Shown piece after piece: positions 19,764 through 29,261 of a stretch of 64,000 nucleotides of DNA. Each line of letters opens with the position of its first letter. Position 1 is the stretch's first letter. Source of the stretch: Ottowia sp. (GTDB lineage: Bacteria > Pseudomonadota > Gammaproteobacteria > Burkholderiales > Burkholderiaceae_C); the NCBI RefSeq assembly GCF_016703145.1, contig NZ_JADJCO010000003.1, positions 317,163 through 381,162 on the forward strand, written 5' to 3'. The notes beneath the pieces are model-generated. The model searched no databases, was not told the DNA's origin, and saw nothing but the letters and a program-made list of their open reading frames with translations. Made by a program: the position numbers and the translations under genes.

Positions 19764-21296
19764 ATGGGTTTGAGTCTGGTGCAAAGCCGCGCGCTGATGG
19801 GCCTGGACGCGCCGGCCGTGACGGTGGAGGTGCACCTGGCCAACGGCCTGCCCAGCTTCACCCTGGTGGGGCTGGCGGACGTGGAGGTCAAGGAAGCGCG
19901 CGAGCGCGTGCGCAGCGCGCTGCTCAACAGCGGACTGGCCTTCCCGCACAACCAGCGCATCACCGTCAACCTGGCCCCGGCCGACCTGCCCAAGGACTCG
20001 GGCCGGTTCGACCTGCCGATCGCTCTGGGCATCCTGGCCGCCAGCGGGCAGATCGACGGCGCGCGCCTGGCGGGCTGGGAGTTCGCCGGCGAGCTGTCGC
20101 TGTCGGGCGAGCTGCGCCCCGTGCGCGGCGCGCTGGCCATGGCCGCCGCCCTGCGCCGCGCCGGCGAGGGGCCCGCGCTGGCCCTGCCGCCCGGCAGCGC
20201 CGAGGAAGCCGCCCTGGTGCCCGGCCTGGCCGTGTACCGCGCCCGTCACCTGCTGGACGTGGCGGCGCGGTTCATGCCGAACGCCGAGGACGCCGGCCCC
20301 GCCGGCGGCTGGGCGCGCGTGCCGCCCGCCGCGCGCCACGCGGCGCCGCCCTACCCCGACCTGGCCGACGTCAAGGGCCAAGCCGCCGCCAAGCGCGCGC
20401 TGGAGATCGCCGCCGCCGGCGGCCACGGCGTGCTGATGATCGGCCCGCCCGGCACCGGCAAGTCGATGCTGGCCCAGCGCTTCGCCGGCCTGCTGCCGCC
20501 CATGGGCGAGGACGAGGCGCTGCGCAGCGCCGCCATCGCCAGCCTGGGCGGGCGCTTCGACCTCGCGCGCTGGGGCCAGCGGCCCACGCGCGCGCCGCAC
20601 CACACGGCCAGCGCGGTGGCGCTGGTGGGCGGCGGCTCGCCGCCGCGGCCGGGCGAGATCTCGCTGGCGCACGAGGGCGTGCTGTTCCTCGACGAACTGC
20701 CCGAGTTCCCCCGTGCCGCGCTGGAGGCGCTGCGCGAGCCGCTGGAGAGCGGCCACATCACCATCAGCCGTGCCGCTCGGCGGGCGGACTTCCCGGCGCG
20801 CTTCCAGCTCGTCGCGGCGATGAACCCCTGCCCCTGCGGCCACCTGGGCGCGCGCCAGCCGCCGTGCCGCTGCACGCCCGAGCAGGTGGCGCGCTACCAG
20901 GGCCGGCTGTCTGGCCCGCTGCTGGACCGCATCGACCTGCACGTCGAGGTCGCCGCCCTGGCGCCCGACGAACTGCTGGCCGCGCCCGCCGGCGAAGGCA
21001 CGGCCGCCATCCGCGCCCGCTGCGCCGCCGCGCGCGAGCGCGCCTTGGCGCGGCAGGGCACGCCCAACCAGGCGCTGCAGGGCCAGGCGCTGGACGCGCA
21101 CCTGCGGCTCGACCCCGCCGCCGCGCCCTTCGTCAGCGCCGCCGCCACCCGCCTGGGCTGGAGCGCCCGCGCCACGCACCGCGCGCTGAAGGTGGCGCGC
21201 ACCATCGCCGACCTGGCCGGCAGCGAGCTGGTCACCACCGCCCACGTGGCCGAGGCGGTGCAGTACCGGCGCGCGCTGCGGGCGGCTGGGTCGTGA
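19764..21296 (+). CDS. comM: YifB/ComM family Mg-chelatase-like ATPase
   Basis: Lon-like N-domain (VTVEVHLANGLPSFTLVGL), Walker A MIGPPGTGKSML, FLDELPEF, and a C-terminal ChlI-like region. GGGAGG RBS upstream. Confidence 0.9.
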   Translation: MGLSLVQSRALMGLDAPAVTVEVHLANGLPSFTLVGLADVEVKEARERVRSALLNSGLAFPHNQRITVNLAPADLPKDSGRFDLPIALGILAASGQIDGARLAGWEFAGELSLSGELRPVRGALAMAAALRRAGEGPALALPPGSAEEAALVPGLAVYRARHLLDVAARFMPNAEDAGPAGGWARVPPAARHAAPPYPDLADVKGQAAAKRALEIAAAGGHGVLMIGPPGTGKSMLAQRFAGLLPPMGEDEALRSAAIASLGGRFDLARWGQRPTRAPHHTASAVALVGGGSPPRPGEISLAHEGVLFLDELPEFPRAALEALREPLESGHITISRAARRADFPARFQLVAAMNPCPCGHLGARQPPCRCTPEQVARYQGRLSGPLLDRIDLHVEVAALAPDELLAAPAGEGTAAIRARCAAARERALARQGTPNQALQGQALDAHLRLDPAAAPFVSAAATRLGWSARATHRALKVARTIADLAGSELVTTAHVAEAVQYRRALRAAGS

Positions 21297-21355
21297 GATT
21301 TTGAATGAAACCCGCCTTCAACCCCTGTGAATACCATGCTGATAGCTACATAAAC
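21296..21355 (-). repeat. Dispersed repeat, copy 7 (inverted, diverged)
   Basis: The forward strand GATTTTGAATGAAACCCGCCTTCAACCCCTGTGAATACCATGCTGATAGCTACATAAAC aligns to the inverted consensus. Lies after the comM stop. Confidence 0.55.
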
Positions 21356-21383
21356 AGGAGCATTCAGCGCTCCTGAAGCCGCC

Positions 21384-22262
21384 TCACTTGACCGGCAGGA
21401 ACACCAGCAGCGGCGCCGCCACCAGCCCCTGCACGTAGCCGATCACGGCGCGGCGGTAGCGCTCGGTCATGTAGCTGGCCAGCAGGTCGAGGCGGCCGAT
21501 GACCTTGCCGAACTCGCGCTCGAAGCTCAGATTGCGGTTCTCGCCCGCGATCTCGTTGGCCAGCAGCAGCGGCTGGCCGCGTGCGTCACGGCGGGTGTTG
21601 AGGATCCACAGCGCCACTTCCATGTTGCGCGCGGCGTTGTGCACGTGCTGCGGATCGACGCCGTCGAGGTAGTAGAACTCGCGCTTGCCGCCGTGCGCGG
21701 TGACGATGGTGTCGGCGCAGGCCAGGATGAAGGCGGCCACGCGGTCGCCCTGGAAGGCCGGCGCGAGCGCCAGCGACAGCGCCGCCACGTCGCGCTGGCC
21801 GCCCAGCGGGGCCCAGGGCTGGCCGGCCCGCAGGGCGGTATCGAGCTGCAGCAGCGCGGTCTCGCGCGTGGCCGCCGTCTTGCGCCACTCGGCCGGGTTG
21901 CGGCGGTACAGCTTGTCGGCCAGCAGGCGCAGGCTGGCCAGGTTGGCGCTCATGGCGGCGTGGGTCATGCGGTTGCCCTCGCTCTGCAGCAGCTCGGTCG
22001 AACTGAAGCCGGCGCCTTGCACGGTGCCACGCGTCGTCGGCGCGTCGCCGGCGCAGCCGGCCAGGCTCAGGGCGCCGGCAAAGGAAAGGGCCGCGAAAGC
22101 GGCCCTGGACGTGCTGCAAACCCCGCCAGCGGCGGGGCGACGGCGATCAGGCCGCGACGGCGAGCTGCTCGCCCTTGACGGACGGCTTGCCGGAGCCGTT
22201 GGTAACGGCACCGCTGCCGGCGGCAGGGCTGCTGTCTTGCGATATGCCGAACGTGATCTCAC
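21384..22262 (-). CDS. Hypothetical lipoprotein (start uncertain)
   Basis: Clear lipobox AAFAALSFAGALSLAGC. No ATG/GTG/TTG lies in frame just upstream of it. The only in-frame start (GTG 22262) overlaps the bactofilin gene by 116 nt. Confidence 0.45.
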   Translation of the reverse strand: MRSRSAYRKTAALPPAAVPLPTAPASRPSRASSSPSRPDRRRPAAGGVCSTSRAAFAALSFAGALSLAGCAGDAPTTRGTVQGAGFSSTELLQSEGNRMTHAAMSANLASLRLLADKLYRRNPAEWRKTAATRETALLQLDTALRAGQPWAPLGGQRDVAALSLALAPAFQGDRVAAFILACADTIVTAHGGKREFYYLDGVDPQHVHNAARNMEVALWILNTRRDARGQPLLLANEIAGENRNLSFEREFGKVIGRLDLLASYMTERYRRAVIGYVQGLVAAPLLVFLPVK

Positions 22263-22728
22263 CGGAAAGCTGGCCTCCTTCTTCGATCACGATCTTGCCA
22301 TAGCGGATCTTGCCGATGACCTTGCCAGTGGCGAAGATGACCAGTTTCTGCCGCACCGTGAGATTGCCGTCGAAAATGCCGCGCACTTCGGCGATGTCGA
22401 TCTCGGCCGAGCCCTTGAAGGCGCCCTGCTCAGCGATCTGGATCACGCGCGAGTTCATCGCGGCCTCGACCGTGCCCTCGACCACCAAGGTGTCGCAGTC
22501 GGTGATCTCGACGCCCTTGAGCTTGATGTTGGGACCGACGGTGAGCTTGGCACCGCTCTCGGCAGGCGCCGCGAGCATGGCGGCGGGCGCACTCACGGGC
22601 GCCGCGAACGGCTGCGCGCTGCCACCGGCCGAGGCGAGCGAACTGGTGCCGCCCAGCGGGCTGCCAGGGGTGCGGGACGCGGCGGGGTCGTTGTCGCGCT
22701 TGCCGAAGAATGGTCCTTGAAGTGCCAT
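22147..22728 (-). CDS. Bactofilin-family cytoskeletal protein
   Basis: Central DUF583-like beta-helix repeats (IKLKGVEITDCDTLVVEGTVEA...FKGSAEIDIAEVRGIFDGNLTVRQKLVIFATGKVIGKIRYGKIVIEEGGQLSGEI) with disordered tails. Start at MALQGPFF. Confidence 0.8.
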   Translation of the reverse strand: MALQGPFFGKRDNDPAASRTPGSPLGGTSSLASAGGSAQPFAAPVSAPAAMLAAPAESGAKLTVGPNIKLKGVEITDCDTLVVEGTVEAAMNSRVIQIAEQGAFKGSAEIDIAEVRGIFDGNLTVRQKLVIFATGKVIGKIRYGKIVIEEGGQLSGEITFGISQDSSPAAGSGAVTNGSGKPSVKGEQLAVAA

Positions 22729-22935
22729 GCTCTCTCCTGATAACAATCGGTCAATTGTAACGATCACCGTGACATTTTTTACGAACAGCGGGAAAAAGTC
22801 GTAACGAAATCGCCCTGCCGCCGCCAGGGCCACGCCCCTGCCAGGGGGTACCATGCGTCAAGATTCGCAGCCGTTTCCCCGCCTCCACCTCCCGTTCACC
22901 GCCCCTCCACCTCCCGTTTCCCTGCCCTCACCCGC

Positions 22936-24054
22936 ATGCCCGACCCGACCCCCCGGATCGCGACCAAGCGCACCGCCGTGGGCGTGCGCGCGGTGCTGGC
23001 CGGTCAATGGACGGCGGGTCGCCTGGCCACGCGGCCGGCCTGGCGGCGCGTGGCGAGCGCGCTGGCGGCGGTGGCGCCGGGCGCGGCCTGGGACTTGCGC
23101 CCGCTGCAGGCGCTGGACCACCTGGGGGCGCTCGCCCTGTGGGAGCACTGGGGTCGCCAGTGGCCGGCGCAAGTGGAGGCGCTCGACGAGCAGCGCGCCG
23201 TGCTGGAGCGGGTGGCGTCCTTTCCGCCCGTGCAGGCGGCCGCCGCGCTGCGCGGCTGGGCCGGACAGGTGGATGCGTTCGGACTGGGCGTCGTCCAGGC
23301 CGGCGCCCAGGTGCGCGACTTCGTCATGCTGGCGGGCCAGTTGCTGCTGGACGCGCTGCGCCTGCTGGCCGCGCCGCGGCGCGGGCCGTGGCGCGACTTC
23401 TCGGGCCTGCTGTACCGCATCGGGGCGCAGGCGCTGCCGATCACGGCGCTGGTGGGCTTTCTGATCGGCGTGGTGCTGGCCTACCTGATGAGCCAGGTGC
23501 TGCGCCAGTTCGGCGCCGAGACCTTCATCGTCAACATCCTCGGCCTGGCGCTGGTGCGCGAGCTGGGGCCGCTGCTGGCGGCGGTGCTGATCGCTGGGCG
23601 CTCGGGCTCGGCCATCACGGCGCAGATCGGCGTGATGCGCGTGACCGAGGAGCTGGACGCCATGCGCGTGCTGGGCATCCCCACGGGCTTCCGGCTGGTG
23701 CTGCCGCGCGCCATGGCGCTGGCCATCGCCATGCCGCTGATCTCGGTCTGGACCTCGGTGGCGGCGCTGGTGGGCGGCGTGCTGGCGGCCGACGTGACGC
23801 TGGGCATCAGCGGCAGCTACTTCCTGGAGGCGCTGCCCAAGGCGGTGCCGGTGGCCAACCTGACGCTGGCCTGCGCCAAGTCGGTGGTGTTCGGCCTGTT
23901 CATCGCGCTGATCGGCTGCCACTTCGGGCTGCGCGTCAAGCCCAACACCGAGAGCCTGGGGCAGGGCACCACGGCGTCCGTGGTGGCCTCGATCACCGCC
24001 GTGATCCTGATCGACGCGCTGTTCGCCGTGCTGTTCAAGAGCGTGGGGATATGA
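22936..24054 (+). CDS. MlaE-family ABC transporter permease with N-terminal extension
   Basis: The C-terminal 250 aa match the MlaE/YrbE family (GAQALPITALVGFLIGVVLAY, RELGPLLAAVLIAGRSGSAITAQIG, MRVTEELDAM). Confidence 0.85.
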   Translation: MPDPTPRIATKRTAVGVRAVLAGQWTAGRLATRPAWRRVASALAAVAPGAAWDLRPLQALDHLGALALWEHWGRQWPAQVEALDEQRAVLERVASFPPVQAAAALRGWAGQVDAFGLGVVQAGAQVRDFVMLAGQLLLDALRLLAAPRRGPWRDFSGLLYRIGAQALPITALVGFLIGVVLAYLMSQVLRQFGAETFIVNILGLALVRELGPLLAAVLIAGRSGSAITAQIGVMRVTEELDAMRVLGIPTGFRLVLPRAMALAIAMPLISVWTSVAALVGGVLAADVTLGISGSYFLEALPKAVPVANLTLACAKSVVFGLFIALIGCHFGLRVKPNTESLGQGTTASVVASITAVILIDALFAVLFKSVGI

Positions 24055-24229
24055 CTCACCCCCGTGGCTCCACTCGCCGCGCGATGTTGCGCCTCCCCCC
24101 TCGAGGGGGCGCACCCATTGGCCGGGCGGAGCCCGGCCAGGGGTGCACTGGGTTGGCCTGCTCCGCGGCCATTCGATCCTTTGGGATTCTTCCGCTGTGG
24201 GTGGCGCGCGGCGTCATGGGTCACTGAGG

Positions 24230-25069
24230 ATGGACACCGCCGCCGTCCACGACGACCGCGCCGGCGCGCTGCCCGCGCCGGGGCAGCCGGTGATCGAGGT
24301 GCGCGGCCTGTGGAGCGTGTTCCCCGTGCCCGGCGGCGGCGAGGTGGTGGTGCACAAGGACCTCGACCTCACCGTGCTGCGCGGCGAGGTGCTGACCCTG
24401 GTGGGCGGCTCGGGCACCGGCAAGACGGTGCTGCTGCGCCAGATGCTGGGGCTGAACACGCCGGCCAAGGGCAGCGTCACCGTGCTGGGCCGGCCGGTGG
24501 CCGAGCTGTCGCGCGACGGCGCCGCCGCGCGCGTGGGCATGCTGTTCCAGCAGGGGGCGCTGTTCTCGGCCTTCAGCGTGCTCGACAACATCGCCTTCCC
24601 GCTGCGCGAGGCGGGCGCCGTGCCCGACGCGCTGGCGCGCGAGGCAGCCATGCTCAAGCTGCGGATGGTGGGCCTGAAGCCCGGCGACGCGCACAAGATG
24701 CCGGCCGAGCTGTCCGGCGGCATGATCAAGCGCGTGGCGCTGGCGCGCGCGCTGGTCATGGACCCGCCGCTGCTGATGCTCGACGAGCCCACCGCCGGCC
24801 TCGACCCCGACAGCTCCGACGCCTTCGTGACCCTGCTGCGCTCGCTGCACCAGGAGCTGGGCCTGACCGTGGTGATGGTCACGCACGATCTGGACACGCT
24901 GTTCGAGCTGTCCAGCCGGGTGGCCGTGCTGGCCGAGCAGCGCGTCATCATCGCCGCGCCGGTTCGGGAGGTACTGGCCTTCGACCACCCGTTCATCCGT
25001 CACTTCTTCCTGGGCGAGCGCGGCCAGCGCGCCATGGAGCTGCTGCACCAGCGCAAGCAGACCGCATGA
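24230..25069 (+). CDS. ABC transporter ATP-binding protein (MlaF-like)
   Basis: Walker A GGSGTGKT, signature LSGGMIKR, Walker B LLMLDEPTAGLD. GAGGA RBS upstream of ATG 24230. Confidence 0.9.
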   Translation: MDTAAVHDDRAGALPAPGQPVIEVRGLWSVFPVPGGGEVVVHKDLDLTVLRGEVLTLVGGSGTGKTVLLRQMLGLNTPAKGSVTVLGRPVAELSRDGAAARVGMLFQQGALFSAFSVLDNIAFPLREAGAVPDALAREAAMLKLRMVGLKPGDAHKMPAELSGGMIKRVALARALVMDPPLLMLDEPTAGLDPDSSDAFVTLLRSLHQELGLTVVMVTHDLDTLFELSSRVAVLAEQRVIIAAPVREVLAFDHPFIRHFFLGERGQRAMELLHQRKQTA

Positions 25070-25086
25070 AAGGACAATAGAGCGCC

Positions 25087-26076
25087 ATGGAAAACAAGTC
25101 CCATGCCCTGGCCGCCGGCCTGTTCGTGGTGGCGGTGACCGCGCTGCTGGCCGTGCTGGCCCTGTGGCTGACGCGCGACATCGCCAACACCACCACCTAC
25201 GAGATGACCAGCAGCGACGCCGTCACCGGCCTGCAGGTGCAGGCGCCGGTGCGCTTCAAGGGCGTGGCCGTGGGCAAGGTGACCGACATCGCCTTCGACC
25301 CCGCCGCGCGCGGCAACGTGCTGGTCACCGTGGCCGTCAGCCCCGCCGCGCCCATCACCCAATCCACCTTCGCCACGCTGGCGTTCCAGGGCGTCACCGG
25401 CCTGTCCTTCATCCAGCTCGACGACGACGGCGCCTCCAGCGCGCCGCCGCCCGCCGGCCCCAACGGGCCGCCGCGCATCCCCCTCAAGCCCAACGCGCTG
25501 GGCCAGCTCACCGACCAGGCCAGCGCGCTGATCGACAAGGTGGACAAGGCCGTCGAGAGCATCAACCAGGCGCTCGGCCCCGGCAACCAGGCCGCGCTGA
25601 CCCAGGCGCTGGCCCAGGTCGGCGCCGCCGCCGGCAGCATGAACCAGCTCGCGCTGACCACCGACAAGACCCTGCGCACCCAGTTCGACCCGGCCCGGAC
25701 CAACCTGCCGGCGCTGGTCCAGCAGGCCGGCGCCACCCTCAAGACCACCCAGGACGCCGCCGCCGAGGCGCGCCGCGCCATCGCCGCGTTGGGCGAGGTG
25801 GCCGCCGACGCCCAGCAGGGGCTGGCGCGCGTGACCGGCTCCGGCGGCGTGATCGACCGCATGGGCGAGAGCGCCAACACCGTCACAAGCACCACGCTGC
25901 CGCGCATCCAGCACCTGACCGACGACGCCAGCCGCACCATCCGCCGGCTGGACCGCATCGCCGACGCGCTGGGCGAGAACCCGCAGGCGCTGCTGTACGG
26001 CAGCGGCGCCATCCCGGCCGGCCCCGGCGAGCCAGGTTTCGCGGCGCCCGCGGCCACTTCGCTCCGCCAGGATTGA
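25087..26076 (+). CDS. MlaD/MCE-domain substrate-binding protein
   Basis: N-terminal TM helix then MCE domain (VTGLQVQAPVRFKGVAVGKVTDIAF). Confidence 0.85.
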   Translation: MENKSHALAAGLFVVAVTALLAVLALWLTRDIANTTTYEMTSSDAVTGLQVQAPVRFKGVAVGKVTDIAFDPAARGNVLVTVAVSPAAPITQSTFATLAFQGVTGLSFIQLDDDGASSAPPPAGPNGPPRIPLKPNALGQLTDQASALIDKVDKAVESINQALGPGNQAALTQALAQVGAAAGSMNQLALTTDKTLRTQFDPARTNLPALVQQAGATLKTTQDAAAEARRAIAALGEVAADAQQGLARVTGSGGVIDRMGESANTVTSTTLPRIQHLTDDASRTIRRLDRIADALGENPQALLYGSGAIPAGPGEPGFAAPAATSLRQD

Positions 26077-26138
26077 TATGAAAATAATAGCTGTTGGCGC
26101 AATACCCATGCGGGCTAGAACCCTGTTTCTCTTGATTC
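26074..26138 (+). repeat. Dispersed repeat, copy 8
   Basis: GATATGAAAATAATAGCTGTTGGCGCAATACCCATGCGGGCTAGAACCCTGTTTCTCTTGATT. Its CCATGCGGGCT core supplies the ATG of the lipoprotein gene at 26108. Confidence 0.8.
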
Positions 26139-26719
26139 CCGTGATCCTGACCGGCTGCGCCCTGCCGCTGCCCGACAAGCCCGTGCGCCCCGAGCCCTAC
26201 GACCTCGGCCCGGCCCTGGCCGCGCCCGCCGCCACGCCCGCTGGCGCGCCGCTGGCGCTCGACGGCGTCGAATCGGCCGCCGCCATCGACAGCACCTCGG
26301 TCATCTACCGGCTGCTGTACGCCGGCAGTGGTCAGCAGCCGCGCCCCTACGCCCACGCGCGCTGGACCATGTCGCCGCCGCAGCTCGTCACCCAGCGCCT
26401 GCGCGAGGCGCTGGCGGCCACGCGCCCGGTGCTCGACACCGGCACCGGCCTGGCCACGCTGGAACTGCGCGCCGAGCTGGACGACTTCAGCCACGTCTTC
26501 TCCTCGCCCGGCGCCAGCGAAGGCGTGGTGCGCCTGCGTGTCACCGTCACCGCGCCCGGCGCGCGGCAGGACCGCTTGCTGGGCCAGCGCACCTTCGCCG
26601 CGCGCCACGCCGCCCCCACGCCCGACGCCGCAGGCGGCGTCGGCGCGCTGCGCGCGGCCACCGACGAGGTGGTGCGGCAGGTGGTGGACTGGGTAGGCAG
26701 CCTGCCGGCCCCGCGCTGA
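26108..26719 (+). CDS. ABC-type transport auxiliary lipoprotein (DUF330/YmbA-like)
   Basis: MRARTLFLLIPVILTGC lipobox. Position after mlaFED-like genes is typical. Its ATG lies inside a copy of the dispersed repeat. Confidence 0.65.
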   Translation: MRARTLFLLIPVILTGCALPLPDKPVRPEPYDLGPALAAPAATPAGAPLALDGVESAAAIDSTSVIYRLLYAGSGQQPRPYAHARWTMSPPQLVTQRLREALAATRPVLDTGTGLATLELRAELDDFSHVFSSPGASEGVVRLRVTVTAPGARQDRLLGQRTFAARHAAPTPDAAGGVGALRAATDEVVRQVVDWVGSLPAPR

Positions 26720-26794
26720 CCACCGGACGCCGGCTGCGGCGGGCCGTGGATTCGGGCAAGATGCCCGCATCCCAACGCGAGGCAAGCCAGCGTC

Positions 26795-27292
26795 ATGTTC
26801 CATCTCAGCGTCCCCTGGTGGGAATTCGTCCTCCGCGGCGTCGTCGTGTACCTGTTCCTGCTGCTGTTCCTGCGCCTCACCGGGCGGCGCCAGATCGGAC
26901 AGTACGACCCGTTCGACCTGATCCTGCTGCTCATCCTGTCCAACGCGGTGCAGAACTCGATGAACGCGGGCGACAACTCGCTGCTGGGTGGACTGATCTC
27001 GGCGCTGACGCTGATCGGCTGCCACGTGCTCATGTCGCAACTGGCCTGGCGCAGCCCACGGCTGGCGCGGCTGATCGACGGCAAGCCGCGCGTGCTGATC
27101 CACGCCGGCCAGCTCGACGCCGGCACCCTGCGCGCCGAGCGCCTGACCGCCGACGACGTGCACGCCGCCCTGCGCGCCGCCGGCTGCCTGCACACGCACG
27201 AGGTCGAGCGCGCCACCATCGAGACCAACGGCCAGATCACCGTGGTGCTGCGCAACCGCGATTCGGCGCGCGGGCTCGAAGTGGAGAGCTGA
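26795..27292 (+). CDS. DUF421 (YetF-like) membrane protein
   Basis: RGVVVYLFLLLFLRLTGRRQIGQYDPFDLILLLILSNAVQNSM is the hallmark N-terminus of DUF421. Confidence 0.7.
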   Translation: MFHLSVPWWEFVLRGVVVYLFLLLFLRLTGRRQIGQYDPFDLILLLILSNAVQNSMNAGDNSLLGGLISALTLIGCHVLMSQLAWRSPRLARLIDGKPRVLIHAGQLDAGTLRAERLTADDVHAALRAAGCLHTHEVERATIETNGQITVVLRNRDSARGLEVES

Positions 27293-27302
27293 CCTCCCTG
27301 CG

Positions 27303-27824
27303 TCAGTCGCAGGCGCGCCAATCCTTGCCGGCCAGGGCCGGGCGCAGCGCCGCCAGTTGCGGGCGCAGCGCGGCGCCGGGGCGGTCCACGTCCACGCCAA
27401 GTTCGCGCAGCTCGGCGCGCTTGGCGCGCACCGCCTCGGCGTCGGCCAGCCGGCCGACGTAGACCATCCAGCGGTCAGGCAACTGCACCGGGTCGAGGCG
27501 CCAACTGCCGGACGGCAGCGCGGCGGCGGCGCGCAAAGCGGCGGCCTGGTCCTCGTCGAAGGTGCCGGCCTGCAGGCAGGCGGTGCCATCGTCCAGCGCG
27601 GGGGCCGCCGCCACCGTGGCCGAAGCGGCCGTCCTGGCCATGGACGCGGGCGCCGCCACGGGGGCGGCCGACGCCGCCGCCAGGGGCCGCACGCTCAGCG
27701 CCTCGGGCCGCACCTGCCGCGCCAGGGGCTCGGACTCGGCGGGCGTCTCGGGGCCCAGGCCCAGGCCACGCAGCGCGCCTTGTGACCAGGCCAGCAGCAG
27801 CGCCACCACCAGCGCGCGCGGCAT
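27303..27824 (-). CDS. SPOR-domain protein
   Basis: Signal/anchor MPRALVVALLLAWSQ, an Ala/Pro linker, and a C-terminal SPOR-like fold (CLQAGTFDEDQAAALRAAA...MVYVGRLADAEAVRAKRAELRELG). Confidence 0.5.
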   Translation of the reverse strand: MPRALVVALLLAWSQGALRGLGLGPETPAESEPLARQVRPEALSVRPLAAASAAPVAAPASMARTAASATVAAAPALDDGTACLQAGTFDEDQAAALRAAAALPSGSWRLDPVQLPDRWMVYVGRLADAEAVRAKRAELRELGVDVDRPGAALRPQLAALRPALAGKDWRACD

Positions 27825-27831
27825 GGGCGGC

Positions 27832-28620
27832 CTACGCGTCCCTGGGTGCCAGCGGGCGCACGCTGACTTCGGCGGTGTGGATCTCGCGCAGGCCACCGGC
27901 CGTCTGCACGCGCAGCGCGCCGGTGGGGCCGACGCCGCAGGCCAGGCCCTCGGTGCCGTCGGACAGGCGCACCGCCCGGCCGGCGAAGACGTCGCGGGCG
28001 TTGAAGCGTTCGGCCAGGGGCGCGAATCCGGCGTGCTCGAACACCTTGACCGTCCGCGCCAGCGGCGCCGCGATGCGCGCCAACGCGGCGGGCGGGTCGA
28101 TGCCTGGTCGCAGCGCCTGCAGCCAGGCCGGCGGCGTGGAGAAGCCGGCGTCCTCCATCGGGGCGATGTTGATGCCGACGCCGATCACGGCGTAGCGCGC
28201 CGCATCCGCCGCGCCGGCGCCCGCCGTCTCGACCAGGATGCCGGCCAGCTTGCGGTCCTGCCACCACAGGTCGTTGGGCCATTTCAGGCCGATGCCGGGG
28301 TGCAGGCTCTCGGCCACGGCCAGCCCGACGGCCAGCGACAGACCCGACCAGTCGCGCGGCGCCAGCGGCAGCCCAAGCGAGAAGGCCAGCGCCGCGCCCG
28401 GCGGCCGGCGCTGCCAGCCGCGCCCCAGGCGGCCGCGTCCGGCGGTCTGCACCTCGGCCGCCAGCAGCACCGGCGCCGTCTCGCCGGCGCGGGCACGGCG
28501 CATCAGCTCGGTGTTGGTGGAGTCGATCTCGGCCACGGCCTCGACCGAGATGCCCGGCAGCAGCGGCGCCAGCGCCTCGCCGAGGGCAGCCGTGGGCCAG
28601 GGCAGGGCGGGCCGGTTCAT
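27832..28620 (-). CDS. birA: Biotin--[acetyl-CoA-carboxylase] ligase
   Basis: VAEIDSTNTEL, QTAGRGRLGRGW (GRGRxGR biotin-binding loop), LKWPNDL. No N-terminal HTH, so class I. Confidence 0.85.
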   Translation of the reverse strand: MNRPALPWPTAALGEALAPLLPGISVEAVAEIDSTNTELMRRARAGETAPVLLAAEVQTAGRGRLGRGWQRRPPGAALAFSLGLPLAPRDWSGLSLAVGLAVAESLHPGIGLKWPNDLWWQDRKLAGILVETAGAGAADAARYAVIGVGINIAPMEDAGFSTPPAWLQALRPGIDPPAALARIAAPLARTVKVFEHAGFAPLAERFNARDVFAGRAVRLSDGTEGLACGVGPTGALRVQTAGGLREIHTAEVSVRPLAPRDA

Positions 28621-28623
28621 GCG

Positions 28624-29166
28624 TCAGCGCCGGGGGCGAGCGCCCTTTTTGGGCTTGCCGCCCAGGTCCTCGGCGCCGTCCAGGCCGGACGACAGCAGGG
28701 TGCCGCGGCACTTGCGGCTGCCGCACCAGCAGGGGTAGTCGGCCTTCAGCTCGGAGGTGAGCGGCTCGTCGATCACCAGGCCGTAGTCGTAGTTCAGCTC
28801 CTCGCCGGCCCGGATGGCGCGCCGCGCCTTGATGAAGATGCGGCCGTCCTGCTCATCGGCGATGCAGTTGGGAGCGCAACTGTGGTTGATCCAGCGCGAG
28901 GCGTTGCCGCCGTGAAGCGCGTCGATGACGCGGTCCTCGTCGATGTGGAAGTAGAAGGTGTGGTTGGGGTCGTCGGGATCGTGCGGGTGGCGGCGCTGCG
29001 CCTCGTCCCAGGTGATGATTTCGCCCACGTACTCGATGATGCGCGTGCCCCGGGGGATGTCCACCAGCGCGAACACGCCCTTGCCGTGCACGCCCGAGCG
29101 GCGGGTCTGGATGCGGCGGCCGGCCGGCAGGGCGGCCGTGGCGGAAGCGGTGGATTTGGAGGGCAC
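28624..29166 (-). CDS. SET-domain protein-lysine methyltransferase-like protein
   Basis: GKGVFALVDIPRGTRIIEYVGEII, RWINHSCAPNC, ELNYDY, and post-SET CWCGSRKCRG. Confidence 0.85.
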   Translation of the reverse strand: MPSKSTASATAALPAGRRIQTRRSGVHGKGVFALVDIPRGTRIIEYVGEIITWDEAQRRHPHDPDDPNHTFYFHIDEDRVIDALHGGNASRWINHSCAPNCIADEQDGRIFIKARRAIRAGEELNYDYGLVIDEPLTSELKADYPCWCGSRKCRGTLLSSGLDGAEDLGGKPKKGARPRR

Positions 29167-29261
29167 GGCCGGAATTTGCTATGTTGAACCCATGGGTGCG
29201 CATGGGCGCGCCTGCGTGGGCGCGTGAGCGCACGCGCGCGAAGGAACCGGATTCTAGCCAC

